Under the pieces are notes generated by a model. It saw only the letters and a list, made by a program, of their open reading frames with translations. It was not told the DNA's origin and searched no databases. Below, piece by piece: positions 49,467 through 59,096 of a DNA stretch of 64,000 nucleotides (position 1 is the stretch's first letter; each line of letters opens with the position of its first letter). The position numbers were made by a program, and so were the translations under genes. The stretch covers positions 128,001-192,000 of the forward strand of contig JBCBUK010000008.1 of NCBI GenBank assembly GCA_039818205.1, in the 5' to 3' direction. Source of the DNA: Verrucomicrobiota bacterium. GTDB lineage: Bacteria > Verrucomicrobiota > Verrucomicrobiia > Opitutales > Cerasicoccaceae.

Positions 49467-50414
49467 ATGAGTCAGCAGTTTCAGCATCCAATAGCACTCA
49501 TCGTTTATCGACGCCCGGAATCCGTCGCCAAGTTGATGGCCTGCCTTGGTCGCGTTAAGCCCACAAAACTCTATGTCATCGCTGATGTCCCCAGGGACCC
49601 AAAGTGGCAGGCTGAGTGCGATGAGACTTTTGCCATCGCTACAAACCCATCGTGGAACTGCGAATTGTTTGTTGACCGAGCTAAGGAAAATCTTGGGTGC
49701 CGCCGGCGTATTTCTTCCGGGGTTGATTGGGTATTCAGCCAAGAAGAAACCGTCGTGGTCCTCGAAGATGATCTGGAACCTGCCGATAGCTTCTTCCCAT
49801 TCTGCGCAGAACTCCTAGAACGGTATCGCGACGATAAACGCATCATGCACATTGGTGGAAACAACCACCAGCAAGGGATCGCGCGAACCCCGGATTCTTA
49901 TTATTTTAGTAAGCACACCCATTGCTGGGGTTGGGCAAGCTGGCGGCGGGCTTGGCAACACTTCGACCATGAGCTCACAAACTGGCCAACGTTTCGTGAC
50001 GGCGGATTTATGGAGCGTGTGTGCCCGGATCCACTTGAAAGAGAATACTTCGCCGGCAAGCTCGACGGTGTGCTTAACGGCGATATAGATTCCTGGGCTT
50101 ATATTTGGACTTATTCATGCTGGCGACAGAATGGCCTGGGTATCATTCCGGCGGTCAACCTCGTGGCCAATCACGGTTTCGACGACTCCGCAACGCACAC
50201 GAAAGGATCACACGCGTTGCAGGAGCTTCGGGCCGAAGAGCTATCGTTCCCGCTTCAACATCCGACTGGGTTCGCACCCAACGAAGCTGCGGATCACTAT
50301 GCGTTCTATCATCACTTTGAAGGCAATGCGATACGAGCAGCCCGTTCACCAATGGGTAAAATTCGCCAGTGGCGCAATGGAGCATTGCGTCGGATGAAAG
50401 CATTAACGCGCTAA
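49467..50414 (+). CDS. GT-A fold glycosyltransferase
   Basis: PIALIVYRRP, NLGC, VLEDD, HCWGWASWRRAW and NLVANHGF motifs; ATG 49467. Confidence 0.85.
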   Translation: MSQQFQHPIALIVYRRPESVAKLMACLGRVKPTKLYVIADVPRDPKWQAECDETFAIATNPSWNCELFVDRAKENLGCRRRISSGVDWVFSQEETVVVLEDDLEPADSFFPFCAELLERYRDDKRIMHIGGNNHQQGIARTPDSYYFSKHTHCWGWASWRRAWQHFDHELTNWPTFRDGGFMERVCPDPLEREYFAGKLDGVLNGDIDSWAYIWTYSCWRQNGLGIIPAVNLVANHGFDDSATHTKGSHALQELRAEELSFPLQHPTGFAPNEAADHYAFYHHFEGNAIRAARSPMGKIRQWRNGALRRMKALTR

Positions 50415-50435
50415 ACTCCAACCATACTTCTAGCC

Positions 50436-51164
50436 ATGTCAATTCCCCGTATCATCCATCAGGCTTGGAATACCAATGACGTCCCAGAGCAGTTTCATGC
50501 TTGGCAACAGAAAGTTAAGGACCTTCACCCCAACTGGGAGTATCGGCTTTGGACCGATGACGATTCGCGCGAGCTCATCAAGGATAAGTACCCGCAAGAT
50601 CTTGAACGATTTGATGCGTTGCCTCGCAACATTATGCGGTCCGACATGACGCGCTATTTCGTCATGGATTCGATCGGCGGTTTCTACCTCGATCTCGACT
50701 ACGAAGTCTATCAATCCTTCGAGCCAGTCGCCGCGAAATACGATTTTGTTTTGCCCAAAAACCGTGAACCCGGTGACACATCAAAGATTAAGCAATGGCA
50801 GGTTGGAAACGCCATTTTTGGTTCTAGTCCTGGTCATCCTTTCTGGCAGAATGTGTTCGCTGACTTTCGCAACGGCCCGCGTGAAATTCGCACGCCCGAG
50901 GGTAACATCCATGTTGAAGAAATCACGGGCCCTGCCTTCCTGACTCGCATTATTCATGAGCAACCGCTTGAGCCCAGCGATGGAGACTGGATTGCGCCGC
51001 GGAAGCACTTTCATCCGCGTCACGATGAGTTCGAGGCGGGTGATCCAGACGTATTTGGCTTTCACCACTGTTCTGGCAGCTGGCGACCAAAACCAACGAT
51101 TCTTCAGCGAGCCAAAAACCGTCTGAAACGAATGTTTCAAGGCGAAAACACCGCCGAAAAATAG
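50436..51164 (+). CDS. GT32 (OCH1-like, DXD) glycosyltransferase
   Basis: IPRIIHQ, SDMTRY....GGFYLDLD, PGHPF and TGP motifs. Confidence 0.88.
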   Translation: MSIPRIIHQAWNTNDVPEQFHAWQQKVKDLHPNWEYRLWTDDDSRELIKDKYPQDLERFDALPRNIMRSDMTRYFVMDSIGGFYLDLDYEVYQSFEPVAAKYDFVLPKNREPGDTSKIKQWQVGNAIFGSSPGHPFWQNVFADFRNGPREIRTPEGNIHVEEITGPAFLTRIIHEQPLEPSDGDWIAPRKHFHPRHDEFEAGDPDVFGFHHCSGSWRPKPTILQRAKNRLKRMFQGENTAEK

Positions 51165-51181
51165 AAGCTTCCGGTGATCCC

Positions 51182-52372
51182 TTGAAAGTACTCTTTGCCA
51201 ATACGGAGAAACGCGGCGGTGCCTGGATTGCCTGCAAACGCTTTGCGGAGGAACTTCAAAATCAAGAGACCGAAGTATCCGTTTTAACCGCTGATGATTT
51301 GAAGGATTCCGCGATCTTCGGGCGCGTCAAGCGAATGCTGATAGAGACCAATCAGCGATCCAAACAAGCACAATGGCAGTCGCGCAACCCCGATTATCCG
51401 GGCGTGTTTACTCTAGAAAGCAGTGCTATGGCAAACGGCCTCTTGGATCGAAGCAATGGGCATGATATAACCCATTTGCATTGGGTTTCTTACTTGCTAG
51501 ATTGGAAGCAGTTCTTCACTCAGCGTGATGTAAGCAAACCACTTTTCTGGACATGGCATGACCAGAATCCGATGTCTGGTGGAAGACACTACGAGGACAA
51601 AGAAGAGGCGTTATTCTCGTCACCCAGTGACCCACTTGAACAAGAGATCTGGATTACAAAGTGCGAGCTGGTCTCGCAAAGCGATAATCTTTGGGTGATC
51701 ACGCCCAGCAAATGGCTGGCAAACCTCGCGAAGCAACACCCCGCATGGAGCAAGGCCGAGATTCGCACCATCCACAATGGCGTGGATACCAAACTCTTCT
51801 CCCCCGGTGATGTGAGCATCGCCCGGCAAGCACTTGATCTTCCAGCGAAAGGCACCGCATTCCTATTTGTAGCCGATAGCCTTAAAGATCCCCGTAAAGG
51901 TGGAGATCTCCTCAACGCGGCACTCGAGCAATTGCCTGACTCAGATTGGTTTAGCATCTCATTAGGTGGCTCGTCTCCCCCTACCACTCGGGGTAATCAT
52001 TTTCACCTTGGGCATCTTAGCAATGAGCGGTTTCTTCCACTGGTTTACCGCGCCGCGAATGCCCTGATTGTGCCCTCCAGAGTCGATAATCTGCCCAACA
52101 CCGCGGTCGAGGCATTTGCTTGTGGAGTTCCGGTGATTGCATTCAACACTGGCGGATTGGGCGACATCATTGACGATCAAACGAACGGTTTGCTGATCGA
52201 TACATTATCTGATGACGCGCTCGCCAATGCACTGGGTGGTTTAATCAACGAACCCGAGATGTTGTCACTATGGGGAGCCAATGCGCGGGCGAAGGCGCTC
52301 GATGAGTTCGACATTGCGAAGCAAAGTACTCGCTATCGCCAACTCTACGACGAGGCACTCGAGAAGGCCTAA
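51182..52372 (+). CDS. GT4 glycosyltransferase (WcaC-like)
   Basis: GGAWIA, HLHW, WTWHD, TPSKWL, RKGG and DNLPNTAVEAFACG motifs. Confidence 0.88.
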   Translation: MKVLFANTEKRGGAWIACKRFAEELQNQETEVSVLTADDLKDSAIFGRVKRMLIETNQRSKQAQWQSRNPDYPGVFTLESSAMANGLLDRSNGHDITHLHWVSYLLDWKQFFTQRDVSKPLFWTWHDQNPMSGGRHYEDKEEALFSSPSDPLEQEIWITKCELVSQSDNLWVITPSKWLANLAKQHPAWSKAEIRTIHNGVDTKLFSPGDVSIARQALDLPAKGTAFLFVADSLKDPRKGGDLLNAALEQLPDSDWFSISLGGSSPPTTRGNHFHLGHLSNERFLPLVYRAANALIVPSRVDNLPNTAVEAFACGVPVIAFNTGGLGDIIDDQTNGLLIDTLSDDALANALGGLINEPEMLSLWGANARAKALDEFDIAKQSTRYRQLYDEALEKA

Positions 52373-52376
52373 GACC

Positions 52377-53267
52377 ATGTCTGATATCAAGGTCAGTATC
52401 ATCACTCCAAACTATAACTACGGGCACCTACTTGGCCGTACGTTGAGCTCGGTGGCCGATCAGGACTATTCAAACATCGAACATTTTGTCGTCGATGGTG
52501 GTTCGAACGATGACTCCGTTGATGTAATCAAAGCACATGCGGCCAAGGGTCATTTGGCCAACTGGGTTAGCGAAAGCGACAAGGGTCAGACCGACGCGAT
52601 TAATAAGGGCTTTGCCATGACGACAGGCGATATCTTTGCCTGGCTAAATGCCGATGATTACTACGCACACTCGGGAGTCATCAGCCAGGTGGTTGATCTC
52701 TACGAAAAAGGCAATCGGTTTATCTCGGGTGAGTTTCGCGCCATTGATGCAGACGGTAACGAGTTTCCTGAAGGAGCTGCCTTTGGCAAGTGCAATCCGA
52801 TCGAGTTCAAAGATGCTCTACGTTTCTGGGCGAACCACTGCCCGCCCCAGCCCGCTACCTTTGTCGATCGAATCCTCGCTGCCAATGTCTTCCCGCTAGA
52901 CATCTCGGTAGAGTGCTACATGGACTACCAATTGTTTCTCGGCATTCTGGCTGAAAATCCGAAGACCGCCTGGATTCCCGAAGTTTGGGTTGATTTCGTT
53001 TATCACGGTGAGAATAAATCGATGGGAAATTTTTCCGATGCTTACAATTGGGAAGCAGAAGCCCGGCGGGTGTTCCTCGGTGCGGCGGAGAAACTACCCG
53101 CTTCCGATCGGGCTGTATATCAGAAAGAATTTGAGAAGGTAGCGCTACTGCAAAACGCTGGAAGTCGGCCCGCACTGGAAAGCATTCAAACCGCATTCCG
53201 ACAATCTCCCGGCACGTTGGCCAATCCCCGGTTTTGGAAAATCCTTCTCGGGCAAAAGAGAAAATGA
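52377..53267 (+). CDS. GT2 glycosyltransferase
   Basis: VSIITPNYN, VDGGSND, DKGQTDAINKG and WLNADD motifs; ATG 52377. Confidence 0.9.
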   Translation: MSDIKVSIITPNYNYGHLLGRTLSSVADQDYSNIEHFVVDGGSNDDSVDVIKAHAAKGHLANWVSESDKGQTDAINKGFAMTTGDIFAWLNADDYYAHSGVISQVVDLYEKGNRFISGEFRAIDADGNEFPEGAAFGKCNPIEFKDALRFWANHCPPQPATFVDRILAANVFPLDISVECYMDYQLFLGILAENPKTAWIPEVWVDFVYHGENKSMGNFSDAYNWEAEARRVFLGAAEKLPASDRAVYQKEFEKVALLQNAGSRPALESIQTAFRQSPGTLANPRFWKILLGQKRK

Positions 53268-53971
53268 CAACGGAATCAACCACGACAAACGATTTCATCG
53301 ATATACCATCGGCCAGTTGGAATGTTTTGTACACCTGCCGGCGACTGACTTTGGATGAGGTGAAGCGTTATGCTGAGTCTGCAACTGGCGAGTTGTTGGA
53401 TGTCGGTTGCGGCCGCCAGCCCTATCGATCCTTGTTCCAGAATCTAACTCGCTACCAGGGGGTAGATACCGCAAGCAGCGTCCATGATCTTCCTCCTGAT
53501 ACCGTCGTCTTTGACGGCGAAACGCTTCCATTCGAGGATAACAGTTTCGATTGTGCGATTGCGACAGAAGTTTTCGAGCACGTGAAACGGCCCGCGGCGC
53601 TTTTTGCCGAGATTCGTCGAGTACTTCGCCCCGGTGGCCAATTGATGCTCACTGTCCCATTTATTCAGGCCCTTCACGAGTCGCCATATGACTTTCGAAG
53701 ACCAACCCCATTTTGGCTACAAGAGACGCTGCAAGCGGCGGGGTTTGATGGCATCGAGATCGCTGCGCTGGGTTCCTGGCATCACTCATTTGCGCACTTC
53801 TTCGGACTCTATGCCTGGCATTGTTACAAGAACAACAAATTTGCCTACCCGCTTCTAGCACTTGCCAGCATTCACCGGCGCCTGGTATGGAATCGAAGCA
53901 GAAAGTCTCGCTTTAAGCCGGTTGATGGCCAGATGTGCGTTGGTTGGAGTGCCACAGCGAAACGCTCCTAA
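53264..53971 (+). CDS. Class I SAM-dependent methyltransferase
   Basis: LLDVGCG, LPFEDNSFD, EVFEHV, RVLRPGG and HESPYDFRR motifs. Confidence 0.9.
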   Translation: MTTESTTTNDFIDIPSASWNVLYTCRRLTLDEVKRYAESATGELLDVGCGRQPYRSLFQNLTRYQGVDTASSVHDLPPDTVVFDGETLPFEDNSFDCAIATEVFEHVKRPAALFAEIRRVLRPGGQLMLTVPFIQALHESPYDFRRPTPFWLQETLQAAGFDGIEIAALGSWHHSFAHFFGLYAWHCYKNNKFAYPLLALASIHRRLVWNRSRKSRFKPVDGQMCVGWSATAKRS

Positions 53972-53977
53972 ACAGTT

Positions 53978-55123
53978 TTGACGATGCGTTGGTTACTTGC
54001 CTACGAATTCCCTAAAACCCGCGGCCTGGGAGCGTCTCGTGTTTGGTATGATTTTGGACAGGCACTTGAAGGCCTCGGCCATGACGTTGAACACTTCACC
54101 GCTGATCAGGCTTTCCCCGATGGCCTGCAGGGCCGAATTCGTCCACTCTTGAGAGTGCCGCTATTTGCAAAGGCACTTAAGGAATACCTTGAGAAACACC
54201 CGGATCAATATGATGTCGTCGATTGCCACCTGGGAGTTTTTCCGAAGCGACCAGAAGTACTCTCGCCAAATACGCTAATAGCAACCCGGTCTGTTGGTCT
54301 GTTCGACATCTATAAAGAAGTCTTAGCTACCCTGCCCTCCGAGAACAAATTTGGCCCGCTATCGGTTGTCGAACGTGCGGTTGATATTTGGCGCGCAAGT
54401 GCTCGGCGCTCACAATTCGGAGCAAGCGATCTAGTTAATGTTCCTAACTCCGAAGAGGTCGAACGGCTTAGTCGCGACGGCTGTTCCATGCCGGTCGTTC
54501 ATTTTCCATACGGTATTTCTGAGCGTGAGATCAAGGCAGTCCCCAAGGAGACGATTGAGACTCAGCCACCACGGTTGATCTTCCTTGGCATGTGGTGCTA
54601 CCGTAAAGGAAAACACGACATCCGCGATGCGTTTCTAAAGATCATTGAACAAGTGCCGGAGGCACAGCTGGAGCTGCTCGGGGTATCACGCCCCGAAAAC
54701 GAGATCCTTGCCGAGTTCCCGGAAAGTGCTCGAGGTAATATCTCAGTCACTTCCCGTTTTGAGCCTGATCAACTATTTCAGAAAATCGATGGTTCGGCAG
54801 TCGCTCTGTTTCCAAGCTATGCTGAAGGATTCGGAATTGCTGTCATCGAACAATTACTTAGTGGCATTCCTGTGTTTGCCTACAACATTGGCGGACCCGC
54901 TGATATTCTGAACGGGCTTCCTTATGCCGCACTCTTCGAGCGTGGCGACAAGCTTGCTCTGGCAAATTCAGTGATTAACTACCTTAAGATGCCGGAGAAA
55001 AATCGTGATGAGATCCGAACGGCTTGTCGCAAGCACGCCTTGAGTTTTCAGTGGGAATCGATTGCGGCCGATACAGCCGAAGCATATCAAAGGATTCGCT
55101 CAGCGGACCCCAGCGCAGTTTAA
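53978..55123 (+). CDS. GT4 glycosyltransferase
   Basis: RKG and FPSYAEGFGIAVIEQL (E-x7-E) motifs. Confidence 0.87.
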   Translation: MTMRWLLAYEFPKTRGLGASRVWYDFGQALEGLGHDVEHFTADQAFPDGLQGRIRPLLRVPLFAKALKEYLEKHPDQYDVVDCHLGVFPKRPEVLSPNTLIATRSVGLFDIYKEVLATLPSENKFGPLSVVERAVDIWRASARRSQFGASDLVNVPNSEEVERLSRDGCSMPVVHFPYGISEREIKAVPKETIETQPPRLIFLGMWCYRKGKHDIRDAFLKIIEQVPEAQLELLGVSRPENEILAEFPESARGNISVTSRFEPDQLFQKIDGSAVALFPSYAEGFGIAVIEQLLSGIPVFAYNIGGPADILNGLPYAALFERGDKLALANSVINYLKMPEKNRDEIRTACRKHALSFQWESIAADTAEAYQRIRSADPSAV

Positions 55124-55128
55124 GACCA

Positions 55129-55662
55129 ATGAGCCATACTGCATACGCCGCGAATCTGTATTTTTGCAACCATTGGGTTTTGAATATACCTTGTCGCCCG
55201 CTTCGGATGTATTACTACCGGCGTTTCATGGGATTCGCGCTCGGCTCGGGTTCAAACATCCTGATGGAGGTACGGTTCCGGTGCCGACAGCAGCTTACGA
55301 TCGGTGAGCGTTCCGTGATCAACGAGCGTGTGCTGATAGACAATCGTGGAGGAGTTTCGATTGGATCAGACGTCTCTATTTCGATGGATACACAGTTAAT
55401 CACAGCCGATCATGACCTCCAGGATCCGACCTTCGGTGGACGAGTTGCCGGGATCACGATTCATAACCACGTTTTTATTGGTGCGCGGGCAATGATCCTT
55501 CCGGGAGTTACGCTCAATGAGGGATCCGCAGTCGCGGCGGGAAGTATCGTCACCAAAGATGTGGAACCGTACGCCATCGTTGCAGGAACTCCAGCCAAGA
55601 AAATTGGCGAGCGCCCTCGCGACCTGTCATACCAGTTAAGCTATTACCCGCTGTTTGAATAG
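55129..55662 (+). CDS. Left-handed beta-helix O-acetyltransferase
   Basis: Hexapeptide repeats, TADHD, IGARAMILPGV and VTKDV...IVAGTPAK; ATG 55129. Confidence 0.9.
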   Translation: MSHTAYAANLYFCNHWVLNIPCRPLRMYYYRRFMGFALGSGSNILMEVRFRCRQQLTIGERSVINERVLIDNRGGVSIGSDVSISMDTQLITADHDLQDPTFGGRVAGITIHNHVFIGARAMILPGVTLNEGSAVAAGSIVTKDVEPYAIVAGTPAKKIGERPRDLSYQLSYYPLFE

Positions 55663-56839
55663 CGAGCGACCATTCATGAATAGCGGTGTCAAATCAGCGG
55701 CGTTTTTGCTATCTGACTTAGAACCTGGGGCAAGTGGGGTTGGCGACTATGCAACCATGCTTTGTGAGGCGCTGGACAACGAAGGAGTCGCCACCAAACT
55801 GATATCGATACGAGATCAGTCACCCGAGTACCTCGAGGAGCCCACCGGAAACAAAGTCCGAATCCCGTCAGCTTGGAGTGATGCGAAGCGACGACAAAAA
55901 CTCGAAGAAATCTTTAATGCTTTCAAACCCGATTGGGTCAGCCTGCAATACTCGGCATACGGTGTTTCCACCAATGGTATGGCGGCCGAAATCAAGCATT
56001 GGCTACCGCACCTACCTGCAACAACTCATCGGCATATCATGTTCCATGAGACATGGGTCGGAGCGAGCCCCCAGGCTCCCCTTAAGCACCGCGTAATTGG
56101 TTGGTTTCAACGGCGCTCGCTCCAACAGTTCCTCGCTTGGTTTACTCCTAGCTGCGTCCACTCACACGCAAGTGTCTATCGCGCCTTGATCGAAAGAAAG
56201 CTAGGAATCAATTGCAATTTCCTCCCGCTCTTCTCGAACTTACCCATCAATAAGGAAACTATTTCCGACGACCGAGACAGCCTGATCAATCACCGACTCG
56301 GACTTGCCTCAGATCGTCGAAGAAGCGAGTGGGTCGTCGGGATATTTGGGTCGATCTTTCCCGAGTGGAACCCCGCCGAAGTACTTTCTCGTCTTATCAA
56401 ACTTGGCAAGGAACATGCCCGAGAGATTCACTTGGTCGGTATTGGAAGGCACGGTGCTGGTGCGGTTGAAGCCCTCAAAGTGATTCAAGAAGATTTTTCT
56501 GAATCGATGAAGTTTACCGAGCTTGGTCCCGTTTCTCCGTCTGAAGCCAGTCAACTGATTGCGGGACTCGACTACAGTATTGCAATGACTCCGCTCGAAG
56601 TTTTTGGAAAGAGTAGCAGCGCGCGAACGGTTCGTGAGCACGGAATACCACTGATCGTTCCTCGCGCCGAAACGCCACTCTGGAAGCGACTGGGCGTGAC
56701 GGAGCCGGACGATGCACTCATTATTCCTTTGGATGATAGATTCGAAAAGGGCGTGATCGAAACTCGTAGAGAAATACCTCGCTGGACCCGCACAGATGTG
56801 GCGCGCAGGCTCATCGGGGACCTAAGCGAGAGCGTTTAA
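55655..56839 (+). CDS. GT-B fold (GT4-like) glycosyltransferase, atypical
   Basis: GVGDY, DWVSLQY, MFHETW and GKSSS...EHGIP; lacks a canonical E-x7-E. Start may be ATG 55676. Confidence 0.7.
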   Translation: MNSERPFMNSGVKSAAFLLSDLEPGASGVGDYATMLCEALDNEGVATKLISIRDQSPEYLEEPTGNKVRIPSAWSDAKRRQKLEEIFNAFKPDWVSLQYSAYGVSTNGMAAEIKHWLPHLPATTHRHIMFHETWVGASPQAPLKHRVIGWFQRRSLQQFLAWFTPSCVHSHASVYRALIERKLGINCNFLPLFSNLPINKETISDDRDSLINHRLGLASDRRRSEWVVGIFGSIFPEWNPAEVLSRLIKLGKEHAREIHLVGIGRHGAGAVEALKVIQEDFSESMKFTELGPVSPSEASQLIAGLDYSIAMTPLEVFGKSSSARTVREHGIPLIVPRAETPLWKRLGVTEPDDALIIPLDDRFEKGVIETRREIPRWTRTDVARRLIGDLSESV

Positions 56840-56841
56840 CT

Positions 56842-57903
56842 ATGGCGGAACCGGTTAAAGTTCTTGTCGTTGGGTCCTCTCAGGGAGTCCACGGGGGTAT
56901 CGAAGCGTTCATGGTCGCCGTAGCCGAAGACCTGGCTCAACGCGATGGGTTTGAAGTCGAGCTCTGTTTTAAAATCGTCACGGGCTTCGATCTTAAGCAA
57001 AGCCTTAAGGATTTGGTCCAGCACCTGACGATCCCCGTAGTATTTACTCGAAGAGGACGTTCTGAACTCATGCAAGCCATGCGGCGGGCTGATGCGATTC
57101 ATTGCCAAAACGCTCCACCAGATATCGTCTTCCCGGCAAAGCTATTCGGCCGTCCAGTCCTCGCCACGATTCATAACTGCCGCTATGACGCTAAAACGCT
57201 CAATAGTAGAATTCGCTGGTTCGGTTCACGATTCGTCGCAATCCGCACGTTCAACTCCGCCTACGTTCGCACTTTTTGGGACAATGGCCCCGAGGGTGAT
57301 CGATCGCTTGTCGTTCCAGCTGTCTCCAGCATGCCCGTGGGCGAACCGACTTCGGTTAGCAGTCGATCGGGCTTTTGTTTCGTTTCGCGAATGATCCCAC
57401 ACAAAGGCGGCGATCTCTTGCTCGAGGCTTACCTGGAGAGCGGGCTCAACTCGATTGAGCACCCACTGGTGTTGATGGGCGATGGCCCGCTTCGAGAGTC
57501 CCTTGAAAAGCGAGCTGCAGAATCCGGATTGCCGGGCATCAAGATAACCGGGCATGTCACCGAACAGGAGAAATACGACTACATTAGTCAAAGTCGTTGG
57601 CTCGTGGCACCCCCTGACATGCCAGAAGACATGGGATTGACGCCCATCGAAGCCCGCCAGTTTGGCGTACCATCAATTATTGCTAATCATGGTGGCCTGC
57701 CTGAAGCCGGTGGTCCAGCCGCGATTAAAGTCGAGCCTGGAAATCGGAATGCACTCGCTCAGGCCTTGCGCGAAGCAAGCCAGATGGACAACGAGGAATA
57801 TACCGAACGCGCGAATCTCGCTCGAAATAGCCTAGCCGACTACCTTCGACCAATCGGCTTCTATGGCGACCAACTTGCGGCGCTTGTGAACCAGAAACGC
57901 TAG
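56842..57903 (+). CDS. GT4 glycosyltransferase
   Basis: GGIE, SRMIPHKG and EDMGLTPIEA motifs. Confidence 0.85.
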   Translation: MAEPVKVLVVGSSQGVHGGIEAFMVAVAEDLAQRDGFEVELCFKIVTGFDLKQSLKDLVQHLTIPVVFTRRGRSELMQAMRRADAIHCQNAPPDIVFPAKLFGRPVLATIHNCRYDAKTLNSRIRWFGSRFVAIRTFNSAYVRTFWDNGPEGDRSLVVPAVSSMPVGEPTSVSSRSGFCFVSRMIPHKGGDLLLEAYLESGLNSIEHPLVLMGDGPLRESLEKRAAESGLPGIKITGHVTEQEKYDYISQSRWLVAPPDMPEDMGLTPIEARQFGVPSIIANHGGLPEAGGPAAIKVEPGNRNALAQALREASQMDNEEYTERANLARNSLADYLRPIGFYGDQLAALVNQKR

Positions 57904-57917
57904 CCGACGATTACCTC

Positions 57918-59084
57918 GTGAAACCAACGGTCGTTTACAATTCCCCAAACCGGTCGCACCACTATCCGTACGCGAAACTGATGGCAGCTAACGGGGTACT
58001 AAAGGCCTTTGTCAGCGGCTACCCGCGCAATGGAAACGAAGCACACCCTACTGAACTGGTACCATTCATCAAACGAGCCGACCATCTTCAGTTCGTTTAT
58101 TTGGCATCACTTCGCTTGCGCCTACCGCTATCAGTGCAACTAGGCCTTGCTGACAAAAGTAAACGTTGGATCGACCGATGCTCCTATTCTGCGGCAAAAG
58201 ATGCCGACATTTTTCTCTGCTATAGCGGCGCAGGGCTCGGTACAATGCGTAAGCTAAAAAAACAGGTTAGCCCAACCAAATGCGTCGTAGAAGCCGTCAA
58301 TACCCACGTGGGTGTGCAGCAGCAGATGCTGATCGAAGAGTACCGAAAAATAGGCTACGCCAAACCCCTTTTCTCGGCAGTAGAAACAGAACGGCGCCTT
58401 GAAGAATATTCCATGGCAGATGCGATTCTGTGTCCATCGCAGTTCGTAAAGGATTCTTTTGTCGCGGAAGGTTTTGCAGCAGAAAGCATCCACGTGGTTA
58501 ACTATGGTTTTACTCCGAAAGACTTTGCGGATGTTACCAAGGCTGTCGAAACGGACACGTTTAATCTGCTTTATGTTGGGCAGATACACGTACGGAAGGG
58601 ACTACATTATCTGATCAAGGCGTTCGAAGCCATCGATCATCCCCAGAAAAAACTTCGATTAGTCGGACCACTAACGGAGGAACCCGGGATTGATATTGAT
58701 TCCCTGCCTGCTGGTGTCGAGCTAGTCGGAGTTCTAAAAGGAAACGACTTAAAACAAGCCTATCGCGATGCGGATGTGTTTGTTCAGCCATCAATCGAAG
58801 AGGGCTTAAGTTTGGTGATTGCAGAGGCGCTTTGCGAAGGTTGTCCCGTCATTGCCACGACCAACACGGGAGCCGACGAAATTATTGAAGATGGAAAAGG
58901 TGGCTGGATCGTCCCACCACAAGATCCCAGCGCAATTGCCACTCGCCTGCAGCTACTCGCAGATGACTCCGATAGATTACGACAAGCACGAGAAGACGCC
59001 CGCCTCGCCGCCCAAGCGATTGGCGGTTGGAACCGTACGGAAAGCCAGCTCATGCACGTTCTTAACAAAATTGCGGGAAACTAG
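57918..59084 (+). CDS. GT4 glycosyltransferase
   Basis: LYVGQI..RKG and PSIEEGLSLVIAEALCEGCPVI motifs. Confidence 0.9.
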   Translation: MKPTVVYNSPNRSHHYPYAKLMAANGVLKAFVSGYPRNGNEAHPTELVPFIKRADHLQFVYLASLRLRLPLSVQLGLADKSKRWIDRCSYSAAKDADIFLCYSGAGLGTMRKLKKQVSPTKCVVEAVNTHVGVQQQMLIEEYRKIGYAKPLFSAVETERRLEEYSMADAILCPSQFVKDSFVAEGFAAESIHVVNYGFTPKDFADVTKAVETDTFNLLYVGQIHVRKGLHYLIKAFEAIDHPQKKLRLVGPLTEEPGIDIDSLPAGVELVGVLKGNDLKQAYRDADVFVQPSIEEGLSLVIAEALCEGCPVIATTNTGADEIIEDGKGGWIVPPQDPSAIATRLQLLADDSDRLRQAREDARLAAQAIGGWNRTESQLMHVLNKIAGN

Positions 59085-59096
59085 CACTAACGGCCG

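Noticed and set aside
49467..50414. Possible 'hemolytic protein HlpA-like' label
   Set aside because: The motifs and context indicate a GT-A glycosyltransferase; nothing supports a toxin.
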